This document shows, piece by piece, positions 25,392 through 37,623 of a stretch of 64,000 bases of DNA (position 1 is its first letter; every line of letters begins with the position of its first letter). The position numbers and the translations under genes are program-made. Below the pieces are notes generated by a model, which had not been told where the DNA came from, did no database searches, and worked only from the letters and a program-made list of their open reading frames with translations. This DNA comes from Podarcis pityusensis (Eukaryota). The stretch is from the NCBI GenBank assembly GCA_964106645.2, contig OZ067047.1. The stretch is one strand, 5' to 3'.

Positions 25392-27972
25392 CTGTCAACA
25401 AAATTCCAGCTGCGTATGTCATTCTGCTATGCCCGTAGAATTGCTGCCCTAGATGTATGGACCAATTAACTGTTCTCTCACCCCCATGAAGTAGAACGTC
25501 ACTCCACTTCTTTTCAGGCAAACCTATAACTATCGAAGGCAGACCTAGTTAAGTTTGGTATAACCATCCCACTTTCCTTTTCCTCCTGTTTTCATTATTC
25601 CCATGGTGACCATGAGAAGGGCCATAGCTCAGTGGAAGGGCACCTGTTTTTCCTGCTGAAGGTTCAGTCCTTGCCATCTCCAGGTAAGACTGGAAAAGAC
25701 CTGTGTCAGCTCCAGCCTGCTAGGACAGTTAGGATTTGTAGTCAAAAATATTGGAAATGCACCAGGTCAATGAAAGCTGAGCTAAAATCAGTAACTAAAA
25801 AAAATTGCATCCAAATAAAACTGATCAACAGAAGTGGGGTTTTTTTTTATATAAAAAAAATGGGTTCTTGTATAAACTGTCAAGGAATTTTGTCAGCTCT
25901 TCCCAACTTGAACAGCTCTGGTTTCCCTGCATGGTCAAAACATTGCCACATTTAAAGTTACAGGGGTGACCAGATATCTCTCATTCCTGCTCAATGCTCT
26001 GCCACTCCTTCTAGCTAAACCAGCTGTCGGCCCCTGTGGTGAGTGCTCCCATGTGCAAAGATCCACTGTGAGAAATGAAATCCTAGGACTGTTACAAGAC
26101 ACTCCTTCCTGACATGTGCTACTTGTATAGTAAGTTCACTGTTTGGGTGGCTGTCAGGCAGGAAGTATAACCATTGAATGGTGTTTATCTGCCAAACATA
26201 TGCCATCCATTAAGTGAGATGATGTCAAGCTTATTTGTATGGAAAGAAAACAAAGATCAAGGTTGTAGTTTTTCCCATCCATAACATTTTGTATCCTTAG
26301 TATGTCTTATTTCCATGGTTGCAAATAGGGATTGAATTTTCCAAAGGGCTCACTTTGTGTGAATCCCCCCCCCCCCGTCCATCTTGCTCCTTGATCTCAG
26401 TTAGAAATCATTTTTTTTACAGGTTTCACCGAAAATAGAAATAATTATTACTTGCACCAATATATTTATCATTATACACATTATAATATGTACAATGTTA
26501 TATTTTACCAGGTCTGTGAATGTTTAAGAAAAAATTATTGCTGCTGTTGTTCTTATTGCTGTAATATTACATACATGTTACATGTGTATACACTCCAATA
26601 TTCCTAAAGCAACCAGCACATAAATTGATACAACAATACATGTAACTGTATAAAAATACTCATATCTTAATACTTCCAAAATCATGCTGCAAAAATACAG
26701 TTCCACACGAGGCCTGACTTTTATAATATACATTTTCACATAATTTTATATATGATTAGGTGGGCTTTAAAAATAATATGATATGACAAATATACAAGCA
26801 CCTCAAGCATAAGCAGATACTTGATGCAGGAGGTCGTCCAGTGCAGGCAAAGGTTGATTGGGTTGCAAGCCCTAAATTCCATGTATAAATCCATTTAAAA
26901 TGGATTCCTCCTCCATCCCTAGTTGTAAACATTGGCTTAGATCTGAAAGGGCTGTTGCACAAGTGGAAAGCACTTCCATCCACACAGAGCAAGGACACTG
27001 AATTTTGCTAGTACCTCCTTTGCCCTCACAGAATATACTCTTGAGGACTGGGGGGCACAGCAAGGAGTGTTGTCCCCAGCACCTGTGATTGTCATGGATT
27101 GGATGGGTGCAGAGGAGTGGTAGGAGTCCCCAAGGAAGCCCCCAAGGGAACAAATCTCAGAGTCTTTCAGGATTGCAAGCCAGAAAATTAATGAAAAAGA
27201 ACTCGGTTTATATATATATATATATTTGTGGTTTTTAACTCTCTTCAAGGTGTTATTTTTTTTAAAGTGCATCCGGTGCAATCCTATGTATATTTGCTCT
27301 GTGGTAAGTCACACAGCAGTGGGGCTTACTCCCAAGTAAATGGGCATAAGATTTCAATGTTTGTACCCCCCCCCCCCTTTTGGTAAGAACATATTCAAAT
27401 GCTAAAGGCTAAAGTACTGTGGTTTCAAAAGAAAGCTACGCAGGCCAGAATACTAATTGAGGTGGATGAAGTGCGGCTTAGGGTTTGCTATGAATTTAGC
27501 AACCAACCTAACAGGATTGGGCCATAAGTAACTTAGCTCACAGCTTAGTTAGCAGCCATTTTGTAATAAAAGCATGCTCAATAGCTGAAAAGAACTGTGC
27601 AGAGTTTCAAAAGAATATCCACAGAGGCCAGAAATATCAAAAGATTAATTGGGGCAGAGTCCATATCTGGTAGCTTAGGAAAGCCAATGTTCAGTCAATG
27701 AGGTGCCAGAGAAGGGATCTTATGATGGGATAGAAGACCCTAAAGGGGATAAAGAAGGATTGGTTATGAACCTGTTCTCTTTATATTACAAGGGTAAAAT
27801 GCAAGGTCACATGCTAAATTAGGGAAGGAAGCGTATGAAGTTGGATACTTTTGATCCACAGAATGTCTAGCATGTTGCATGGATTTGCATGCACATAAAA
27901 ACCAGAGACTTGGGGAATTAAAGCATGTTAATTACACTTACTAATTGTGGGTGAAGGCAGGCATTGTGTGTG

Positions 27973-28348
27973 ATAATAATAATAATTTATTATTTATACC
28001 CCGCCCATCTGGCTGTGTTTCCCTAGCCACTCTGGGTAGCTTTCAACAGAACAAAACAGAATAAAAGTTCAAACATTAAAAATTTCCCTAAACAAGGCTG
28101 CCTTCAGATGTCTTCTTAAAGTCGGATAGTTGTTTATTTCTTTGACATCTGATGGGAGGGTGCTCCACAGGGAGGGTGCCACTACTGAGAAGGCCATCTG
28201 CCTGGTTCCCTGTAACCTCACGTCTTGCAGTGAGGGAACCGCCAGAAGGCCCTCGGCACTGGACCTCATTGTCCAGGCTGAACAATGGGGGTGAAGACGC
28301 TCCTTCAGGTATACTGGGCCGAGGCCATTTAGGGCTTTAAAGGTCAAT
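27973..28348 (-). mobile_element. L2 LINE 3' fragment, same family as 18981-19385
   Basis: Minus ORF LTFKALNGLGPVYLKERL...AFSVVAPSLWSTLP...LKAALFREIFNV, the same tail hairpin and an (AAT)n end. Confidence 0.9.
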
Positions 28349-28462
28349 GTGACTGGAAATGGCTTGAGCACACATTTTATTGCCTCAAAAGACACATCTT
28401 AGAATGGATGCTTAAATTGCTTCCACCACACTTAAAATATTAGCCCACTTCACACATGCATT

Positions 28463-28680
28463 GAGCCACTGTCGTGTAGTGGTTAGTGTCAGACTAGGAC
28501 CTGGGAGACCAGAATTCAGTTCCCTACTCAGCCATGAAGCTCACTGGGTGTGCTTTGGCCAGTCACTGCCTCTCAGCCTAATCTACCTGACAGGATTGTT
28601 TTTGGGATTAAATGAGGAGAGGGAGAACCATGTGAGCCACCTTGAGCTCCTGGAGAAAAAGGTGGGGTGTAAATGCAATT
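28463..28680 (+). mobile_element. MIR-like tRNA SINE, near full length
   Basis: gagccactgtcgtgtagtggttagtgtcagactaggacctgggagacc...gccatgaagctcactgggtg...caccttgagctcctggag. Confidence 0.85.
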
Positions 28681-31600
28681 AGTAATAACAATAGCACATA
28701 GAAAGAGCCTACCTCTGGCTCTTTCCCAAGGCTACAGGGAGCCACTGGTTTTGCCTGACACCCACATGTTAGGTATGGATGTCTGCAAGGAAAAGCCAAT
28801 ACACAAAGACCTACACAATTGTCATTCCAGAGCAGAGGGAAGTCTCCTTGGGTGAAGGTCAATACACATAGGCTTTCCATTGCAGACGTCTATTCCTAAT
28901 ACATGGATGTCATGGGGCCAGTTGAACCACACAACCTCAGGGACAGAGATGCACCCTAACAACTCTGTTCTCTGTGTAATTCCACTTCACTGGATTCATG
29001 TGAAAGCAAATATTCAAATAGTCTTGATTTCACCCAAAGAATCCTGGGAACTGTAGTTTGTTAAGGGTGCTGAGAGCTCTAGGGAGACCCCTAGTTCCCT
29101 CACAAAGCTACAGCCCCCAGACTTTGCTGGGAAGAGGGATTGACTGTTAAACCCCTCTATAAATTGTAGCTTTTCGAGAAGAGGGGTCTCTTAACAACTC
29201 TCAGCAAACTACAGTTTTCAGGATTCTTTGGGGAAAGCCATGGCTGTTTAAATTGGCATATTACTGTTTTAAACGTATGGTGCAGAGGGAGCCACAGTGA
29301 ATTCTCTAAGGATTCCAAACAAATTCAGACACAGCTGTGATTTGAACCAGGGACCTTCAGTTCATCATTCATGCTCCTAAACATCATGCTATACCAGCTG
29401 ATATTCAAGTGAGCTGCAATGGGAAAAACCCCAAAAGGATTGGTTCAGTCATTAGGCAGAGTAGGCAGCTGCCCCTCAGGCAGCTGAAATAAGGGTGCCA
29501 GCAAATTAAGCTTTTATTATTGTTTGTTTTTACTTCTAGGGATGGAGAGAGGTACTTGTGGCATTTTCTGCCTTAGGTGCCAAAATAACTTGGCTGGTTT
29601 GGGGCACTGTGGATCTTGACTTCAAAGGGTGGGGTGGGGACATCATTTTGCTGCTATCTCAGGCATAAAAATGTATTGGGCTGACCCTGATCCAGGTTAT
29701 AAGCATAATCTGCTTGCAGACATGCATATCAATCAAGGAGCTGCTGTGTTTTTCTGTTTCAGCCTGGCTTCTCTCTGCCCCCAGTCAAGCGCAACAGCAA
29801 AATGGATTGACATTCCTGCTGGTCAATGAACTGAATGATGATTGGCCATTTGTCCTGCCCCTTCCCCAGGCACCAGGTAGGCTATTGGCCTTTTGCGTGG
29901 GCAGGGGGAATTGAACACTGTATGCACATGTATTTGATTAAATGTGCATTCATGCCCCGCCCATTTATGAAGAAGAATCAGTTTTCAATATGTTGAAAAA
30001 TTGCTTAGGGGAGTAAGGGAGAAGTTCCCAAGCAATTTATGCCCACCAGTCTTCAAACAATCTGTGCTGTGCCCTCAGTAGGGAAGAAAAACATCCTTTG
30101 GAACAAGAAGCACTGACTGTGTTTCCACCATGGGCCCACTACAAAAATTATGTACTTCACTCTAGAGCAGGGATGGGAAACCTGTAGCCCTCCAGATTTG
30201 CTGAAACCCAACTCCCATTAGTGCCAGCCAGCAGTGCCAAGCATCAGGGATGATATAGACCAACAGCACCTGGAGTGCCACAGGTTCCCCGCCTGAATCC
30301 ATAGTATTTCTTCACACCATGCATATGTCACTTACAGAATTTATTGCTATCGGATGTAGCGATAGCCACTGGCTTGGAAGGCTTGAAAAAACAAACTGGG
30401 CAAATTCACAGGGAAGTCACTGGTCATTAACTTAGGGTGGTTAAGACTGATGGTAGTATATGTCCAATTGCAAGATGCTGGGAATAAATATAAGAGATGT
30501 TTAGAATCATCACAGTTTGCTTTCACTGAATCCACCAAGGCAACTGTGTTCTATGTCAGCCTGTACCATAAACATGAGCCAACACAGTATAGAGTGTTAG
30601 TGGGAATCAGGCCTATTTAGCCATGACAGGTCTCTCTATTTGGCATGTAAGGCTGATTTGGCCAAGCACTGACAATCAGGATTGTTGGAGCTAGCAAAGC
30701 ACTGTGCAAAAATGGACCACCTGATATCACTGGGATGGATGACAGGTGATTGCCAGGTGGGCAGTCCCATCCATCCAACTGGGCCCAGTGGGGAGATAAG
30801 GATCTGGCCCACTGGCCAAATCCAGTTCCCCAGCCCTGGTATACAAATACGGTCCTCTCAGTGGTGGCACCTATACTATGGAATTCCTTTCTGAGACATA
30901 GCCAGCAGGCACCATCTATTTAGTATTTTAAGGATGTTTTATAAACTCATCTGGTTTGCTGGATAGTCAGCTGCTAAGGTTTTTGTTAGTGTCTGGGTTT
31001 TTGTTTTTTCTGATTGGGCTTATTTAAAAATGACGGTTGTATTGGAATTTAAATTGTCGGTTGTTTATTGATGTAGTGGTATATTTACTACTATACGAGC
31101 CTCATTGAGAAGACTGTAGTCTGGAAAGGCAGCTTAGAAGTATTTGAAATAATTAGATGCTCGAGTCTCTCCAACTATTAGTTTTGAAGAGCACCCTCCC
31201 ATTAGCATCAACGGGAACTTGGGAGCCTCTTCAACATGGATAGCAGCTGCCGCAAGGTGTGGGCTTTTGTTCAGACTGTGGCAGGGAAGGAAAGTGTTAA
31301 CCTCTTCCCCAGGTGTTGATGAAAATGCTGCCCACTAAGCAGGTCATTAACTTTTTAAATGTAACCAAGCAGGTTTAGCCCACAGGGGCTACTGGGAGTT
31401 GTAGTCCAAAAACATCTGGAGGGCACCAAGTTGGTGAGTATTGCCGTGAAGCAGGAAGGCTAGCAAAGCTCATGTTTTATTGCAAAGGTGACATAAACAA
31501 AGCTATGTGAGTGAGCTTAGCATTACTGAGGGACTGTTATTAGAAATTATCCGGATGCTATCTGCATTCCTACCCTTTTGCTTCCTGGGACAGCAGGGAT

Positions 31601-32128
31601 AAGGAGTGCTGCACAAACAAGATATCCCTTTCCAGAGGACAAAAGAGAAGTTTCTCAGCAGTGACCTTTACACTCGGGCATGAGAATCCTCCCAGTGATA
31701 CATACAGTGATACATTCTGAAGTGCAGGAGCTCATTGTGACACAGTCCACATAGCCACTACCCTGAGGAGGGTCCAAAAATGCAGACAGCAGAGTTGATC
31801 CATCATACACACATGTACACACACACACAGCAAATAGCAGTGTGGTTTTTTTTTAAAAAAAGGTCAGTCCACTAGCATCAGTATGACTGCAACACTATGC
31901 ATAGTAAGCTTCATTGAATTTGGTAGTGCTTACTTTTGACTGCATGTGTTCAGTTTATAAAACACACTGAACTTTAACTAAAGATACTGAGCCAGCTGAA
32001 TGCAAATTTTAGCTCTGAATTAGAAATCCAATCAATCCAGTAAAGAAGTGTTCCCATTTAAGCTACTAGCATAAATAAAAGTATCTCTCTTATCTGTTTG
32101 ATTATTTCCCTTATTTGCTTTATGACGT

Positions 32129-32251
32129 TAAGGTTACCAGATTTTTTTCAATGAATCCGGGGACACTTTTCAACTTCGATGGATTTTGTGTGGGGACTGA
32201 TTTGTAAATCCAGGGACTGTCCCTGGGAAACAGGGACGTCTGGCAACCTTA
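32129..32251. mobile_element. Short MITE (hAT-like ends)
   Basis: TIRs TAAGGTTACCAGA / TCTGGCAACCTTA. No clear TSD. Confidence 0.7.
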
Positions 32252-32330
32252 CTTTACATTCTCTGTCCTAGTCTACCACAAACAATAGTGAAACTTGAAA
32301 GCTTCATTATTAACACATTCACTTACCAAA

Positions 32331-32478
32331 ATAGAACCACAGAATTGCAGAGTTGGAAGGGGTCCCGTGGGTCATCTAGTCCAACCCCCTGCAATGCAGG
32401 AATCTTTTGCACAACATGGGGCTCAAACTCACAGTTCTGAGGTTAAGAGTCATATGTTCTACTGATTGAGCCATCCCA
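32331..32478 (-). mobile_element. tRNA-Lys(CTT)-derived SINE with CR1 3' tail; second copy at ~56739-56877(-)
   Basis: Minus strand ggatggctcaatcagtagaacatatgactcttaacctcag..gtttgagccccatgttg is a decayed tRNA-Lys. It is followed by agattcctgcattgcagggggttggactagatgacc..cccttccaactc, as in the CR1 at 14018. Confidence 0.8.
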
Positions 32479-34575
32479 GATAAGTAGTAGAGTGTGTCAA
32501 TTACCCTGCTGCTCTAATGGATTGCCTCATCTCTCTTGCTCTAAAAAGTCCCAGATCTACCCCTCCCCCCATGTGTTTTCAATCCTCTCTACACCATTAA
32601 ATATTTCTGGAAAGAAAGGATTCCAACTTTTAATATCTGTCAATCTAGACATTACAGTATATTCACCATGGGGAATGGAATCTCCACTATGTGTTCTCTT
32701 GCAATTTGTGTCAGTACTGTTCGTTGGGTAAGTGGGTGGGCATTACCAGGAAAAATGTATTACCTGATGGCACTGACTTAATCAGTTAATTGATGATACA
32801 CGCAGAGGTGGGATGCGAAAGACACTTTGATTATAGCAATCTCTGTGACAGACATTACATCCAGGCCCCCTCTACAGCCATTATGATGCAGCTTATGGGT
32901 CTCTATATGCATTGAAGATTGTGTCTATAGGACACACTATTTTTCCTGCTTTACTTATGCTGAGCAGTTTTTGAAGCACTATCCCATTATCCAGTGTCAC
33001 TTCCTGACAATCTGTTCATTAAACATTCATCCCAATTTGTTTGTAGAGAGATCAGACAACATTGGCTATTTAATGAGCATTCATCCTGATTTGTTTATGG
33101 GGATATTAGGCAACATTGCTGCAAACAAGTGTTATCCCACCTTTCCAGTGCATTTTCTCATCACGTTCCTTACTGCAAAAAGTCCAGTGTTTGGGGGAAG
33201 CTGGTTTGCTTTGTCAGAGCTTTAAATCAGTTTTAATTGTGTAGCCTGAGTTTTCTGGTATGTGATTGAATCCCTCCCAGAAATAGTGACAGTCTGGAAG
33301 TTCACCAAAACATGCAAATCATGTTTGATCAACAGCATAGCGAGCAAGAGAGAGAAATCCAACCCAGGTAATACAGGCAACATGTGGCAATATTGTCTTC
33401 AGGTCTCTGAAAAACTCTCTTCTGTTTACAACCTATGATTGTCACTCATCCAGGAAAGAAAACTCCCCAATACCTTTCCTATAGCCACAGCCTTGGATTC
33501 CAGCAGAAATCAGGCATGGTTCTGTCTCCCAGTTGCCCAGCCTGCAGCCCGCCAGTTTATAGCTTCTAGCTTGCACACACAACTCTCAACTCCGGCCTTT
33601 GTCTTTCTAACAACCAGTGAGTTAAGGGAGGGGGTCCCACTCATTTGCCATGTGGCACAGAACAACTTCCTTTGTTACCTTAATGGCCCATACTTAGAAG
33701 GCCATCACTGGCTATTCCAGGAATTGACTTCATGCTGGATCCAGGAATTAGTAAAGGGCTCAGGCACTTACAGGAGCGAGCCAGCAGTAAATCACACTGT
33801 GCAAGTTGGAGTTAACTCTTTATTAGCAAGAACACGATCTGCACAGGAATGTCAGGCCTAATGAGCACAGCAGCTCATTTCTGGTTGGTCTTGTCCCCAT
33901 GAAGCCGTTGCTGGCTGAGACTGAAGATTCCCACCTCCCCACAGTTGCCCAATTCCCCTCCTTTCCAGAGTTTTCCCCAAGCAATCTGAAGCCCTCCCAG
34001 TTTGGCCCAGGAGGCCATTTTGAGCTCATCACACTCACTTGTCATTCAGCTGACATCACCTGACATCAGGCACTGGATAGACCTGGTCACTGTTGAATGC
34101 AGTGGGGTTTGCCTTCAGAACCAAATCTGAACAGCATCAAATGCAAGCCCTGCTGCTTTGGGACAAGATGTTGTATGATGCCAGGTAATTGACAGGTGGG
34201 TGAACGCGCCTACCTTTCAAATACCCACACAGTTGCTCACTATTTGATCTGTCCCACTGTCTTAAAGTAGTTCCTCTCCCCACCATTAGTTGGTGGTCAC
34301 ATGGCCCACATGGTATCATACACCCTCCTATCCACTAGAGGGTGCACACACTCTGTTGCTGTACTTAGTGTCCTACAAATGAAGGACACTCACATTTTTT
34401 GTTCCCACACCAGTAGTGGCTCTGAATGCAGCTCTTTACCTTCTCCCTGACACAAAATGTATTGATGTTACTGCATTCCCACTGACTCCAACTGAAGGAG
34501 AAACTAAACATCACTCATTACAATACCCTTCATGTGTATAATATATAGTTGTGGTCTGTCATATTCTATGCTCTG

Positions 34576-34576
<1 letters not shown>

Positions 34577-34625
<49 letters not shown>

Positions 34626-34674
34626 TTTATTATTTATACCTCACCCATCTGGCTGAATTGCCCTAGCCACTCTG
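34577..34674 (-). mobile_element. (CAA)n microsatellite plus an ultra-short L2 3' tail insertion
   Basis: ttattatttatacctcacccatctggctg..ccctagccactctg matches the L2 tail. CTCTGACAA is duplicated at 34571-34579 and 34670-34678. Confidence 0.75.
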
Positions 34675-35019
34675 ACAAGGATGGATATTTCACTTGCCTT
34701 AATTTAGCCTATAAATTGCTAAAAACTGCCAAGCAGTATTATGTGATCAAGATCAGGTTAGCTGTTTCAGTTATCAACCATGGGAAAAAGACACACAGGT
34801 GCAGTATATCATTTAGAACAAATATCATGAACATATAATCTGCATATCTGAAAGCCCTTTGATTGTCTGGCAATCTATTTTACTTCCCAGATTGGGGGGG
34901 GGGGGGTGCGCACGAGAGAGAGAGAATCTGATGCTTCTGAATTTAGAAAGTTATAGCCATTCTCCTCAGCCCCATGAAATGCAGCAGAGATTCCTTCCTA
35001 AAGCCAAGAGGGCAGTGGC

Positions 35020-35150
35020 TGCGAACAACAGATGTAAGCAGAGCTCCCATAACTGTCAGTTTTCGGAGGGTATGCATTGAGAGGAGAGGAGGTGCTATTT
35101 TGATTGATATTTCGCTGCTGTATATAAAGCCGAGGAATTCTTCTCCCCCT
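35020..35150 (+). promoter_or_regulatory. MYBPC1: MYBPC1 core promoter: TATA box TATATAAAG at 35121-35129, E-box CAGATG at ~35029, AT-rich MEF2-like gctattttg at ~35094
   Basis: The TATA box lies 125 nt upstream of the ATG with a plausible ~95-nt 5' UTR. The other motifs are muscle-type but the MEF2-like site is imperfect. Confidence 0.7.
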
Positions 35151-35245
35151 CTGCTTGTCACACTGGCCTGCATGCTCTCCACTGGACTTGTGGCTCCTTG
35201 CTGTTGCATCTGACACATAATTGGGAATAAAGAGGAACAAAAACA

Positions 35246-35270
35246 ATGCCGGAACCCACCAAAAAAGCCG
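35246..35270 (+). CDS. MYBPC1: MYBPC1 (myosin-binding protein C, slow type) exon 1 coding part, MPEPTKKA
   Basis: acaATGCCGGAACCCACCAAAAAAGCCG|GTAAGT: MPEPTKK is the MYBPC1 N-terminus. Consensus donor, phase 1. Located downstream of SPIC as in other vertebrates. Confidence 0.92.
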
Positions 35271-36027
35271 GTAAGTGTAATCATATCTCCCTTACTTGTC
35301 TTAACAAAAAGCAAAACATGTGTTTTGAAACCAGCTTGTGACTGAGCAGAGAGATCAGAGAAGGCAAACCTTGGAAGCTGTTATCCTTTGTTGATTCACC
35401 AAATTTGAGATCCATGAAGAGAGTCCACTATCACTGAAAACAGTTGAACAACTTAGTGACGAAGGTTAGAAAGCTCAGCTGAACTGGAACATTTTAGTTA
35501 TGGTTGTGCTGTGCTAGATTATTGTTATTGTTGTTGGTACAATTTACTTTTCTGAAAGCTCCTTTTTAATTACCATGTGTCTGAATGTTTATAGGGGTAG
35601 TTCTTTGTGTTTTCAAAAAGTGCATTAAGCTTTACTATTGCAAATGAATCTCATTTGTATGTTAACAGGAAGAGTAGGTTTATAATTCAGTCTTACAATT
35701 TACCTTGGATATTTAGGTATTTCTAATAATAGCATCCTTTTTACCTTATTTACTTTGTATCAAATTATGAGATTATTTTTGTGGCTGGCAAAACAGAGAT
35801 GCTGTCATTATGAATCCAAACTTTGGAGGACTACTGCCCTTCCCAAGCAAAGATTTCACAAAGTTGTAACATATTTAGAATCCAGCACTGCATAATGGGA
35901 ATATTATCTAGACAGAAATCTTCCCTTTAAATAGTCCGCTTTTTAAAAAAGGTATTGGGAAGAAGGTTCCTCAACTTCAACAGGCGCAGTTTACCAGTAA
36001 CTCAGATATTCACTTATTATATTAATA

Positions 36028-36115
36028 GCACAATCCTTAAACTGTCTACTCAGAAGTAAACTCCACTGAGTTCAATGGGACTTACTTCCAGGTAAGCGTG
36101 TGTAAGATTCCAACT
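36028..36115. repeat. ~90-bp palindromic repeat family (caatcctatgcatg..tactcagaagtaagtcccattga / tcaatggggcttactcccaggtaag..taggattg); copies also at ~1490, 1700, 11810, 27277, 36360, 49090, 55240, 55370, 56665
   Basis: Recurrent diverged self-complementary unit. Confidence 0.7.
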
Positions 36116-36548
36116 TAAGATCACATGCACACCATACATTTAAAGTCCACGGCTTTCCCTAGGAACTGTATTTTGTCAAGGATTCTGGGAATGACAGCTT
36201 TGTAAGAGGTAAACTACAGTTCCTTAGATTCTATGGGTGAAGCTACATGCATTTAATGTGCTGTAAATGTATAGTGTAGAACCCTAAGTCTGCCTTCCTA
36301 TATTAATGTTTCTTTTCCTACACATATCATCAATCATGTGCATGAATGCTTAAGTTACAATTCGATCCTGTGCATGCTTACTTGGAAGTAAGTCCTATTG
36401 CATTCAATGGAGCCTACTCAGTGGGCATAGGATGCTAGATTTCATCTTTTTCCTCTAAGCGAAATCTGCCCAGTTCCCTCACCCTCTTGTATAGTCCACT
36501 CCCTATAACATCTTGGTTGCAATCTTCATAAGGTCACTATATGCAATA

Positions 36549-36790
36549 CAGTGGTACCTCGGGTTACATACGCTTCAGGTTACATATGCTTCAGGGTAGA
36601 GACTCCGCTAACCCAGAAATATTACCTCGGGTTAAGAACTTTGCTTCAGGATGAGAACAGAAATTGTGCTCTGGTGGTGTGGCGGCAGCGGGAGGCCCCA
36701 TTAGCTAAAGTGGTGCTTCAGGTTAAGAACAGTTTCAGGTTAAGAACGGACCTCCGGAATGAATTAAGTACTTAACCCGAGGTACCACTG
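36549..36790. mobile_element. Tc1/mariner MITE, 242 bp, same family as 14895 in the opposite orientation
   Basis: TIRs CAGTGGTACCTCGGGTTA / TAACCCGAGGTACCACTG with TA TSD. The interior is the reverse complement of 14895-15136. Confidence 0.9.
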
Positions 36791-37580
36791 TATAGCTTTT
36801 CCTATATGGATTTTATGGTGGGGGTGAAAAACGTATATGCTATGTGTATACACTATAACCTAGGGAAATTCACAAAGAAAAAACCAAACTTGTAAAATCC
36901 CTCCTTATTACCCAGTAACTTTTCTGCATGGAGGTGATATTAACAAAACTTTTCCCCTTCATTCCTTTGGAATGTTGAAAAAGGATATTAGTAAGCTAAG
37001 GAGCTAACAGCAATTTTCTTTGTGTGCTATGTTTGCTTCATGCTCAGAGCATAACTCACTTCCATATTTAGGATCAAGGATATATCCTCAGGGCATATTG
37101 GATGGTGGCTCTGTGGGGTTTTCACCTTGTCTGTTAGCGTGTGGCATGGATGTCTTGAGTGTTTTACAAGGTAAATCAATTACTGGTTCAACCTTTGCCT
37201 TTGACATGGTGGATTTTGCTTGTCCCTTCTCATATTTTCTGGATGATGTGAACAAACTTACTGTACAGTATTAGGCATATATTGCTTATAGAAGCCTTTG
37301 CATGGCACAGAGGATTGGATCAGCTAATTTTCAGAATAAGTACAGGCCTAGAATCTACCATGCTTTTCTTGATAGCAGTGTTACCACTTCAGTAAGAACT
37401 GTCAGCTTTGGGTTGCTGTTGTCTCAAAATGTTTCCAACAATTTTTTTGGGAAATGGATTGAAAGTGCCTTTTTATCATATGTATTACTTACATGGCCAG
37501 AGATATACTGCAAAAGCGTGGAGCCAGTGTGGTGTAGTGGTTAGAGTCTCGGACTAGGACCTGAGAGATCAGGGTTCAAA

Positions 37581-37623
<43 letters not shown>

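Noticed and set aside
32410-32480. tRNA-Lys gene (also 56815-56877 and other tRNA-like heads)
   Set aside because: The stems are broken and each is fused to a retroposon tail. These are SINE heads, not functional tRNAs.
33240-34380. LTR-like region and 140-aa ORF 33439..33861
   Set aside because: No recognisable protein motif. Termini and TSD could not be established.
34551-34838. Poly-Asn ORF (and poly-Ile ORF 19124..19390)
   Set aside because: These are translations of microsatellites.
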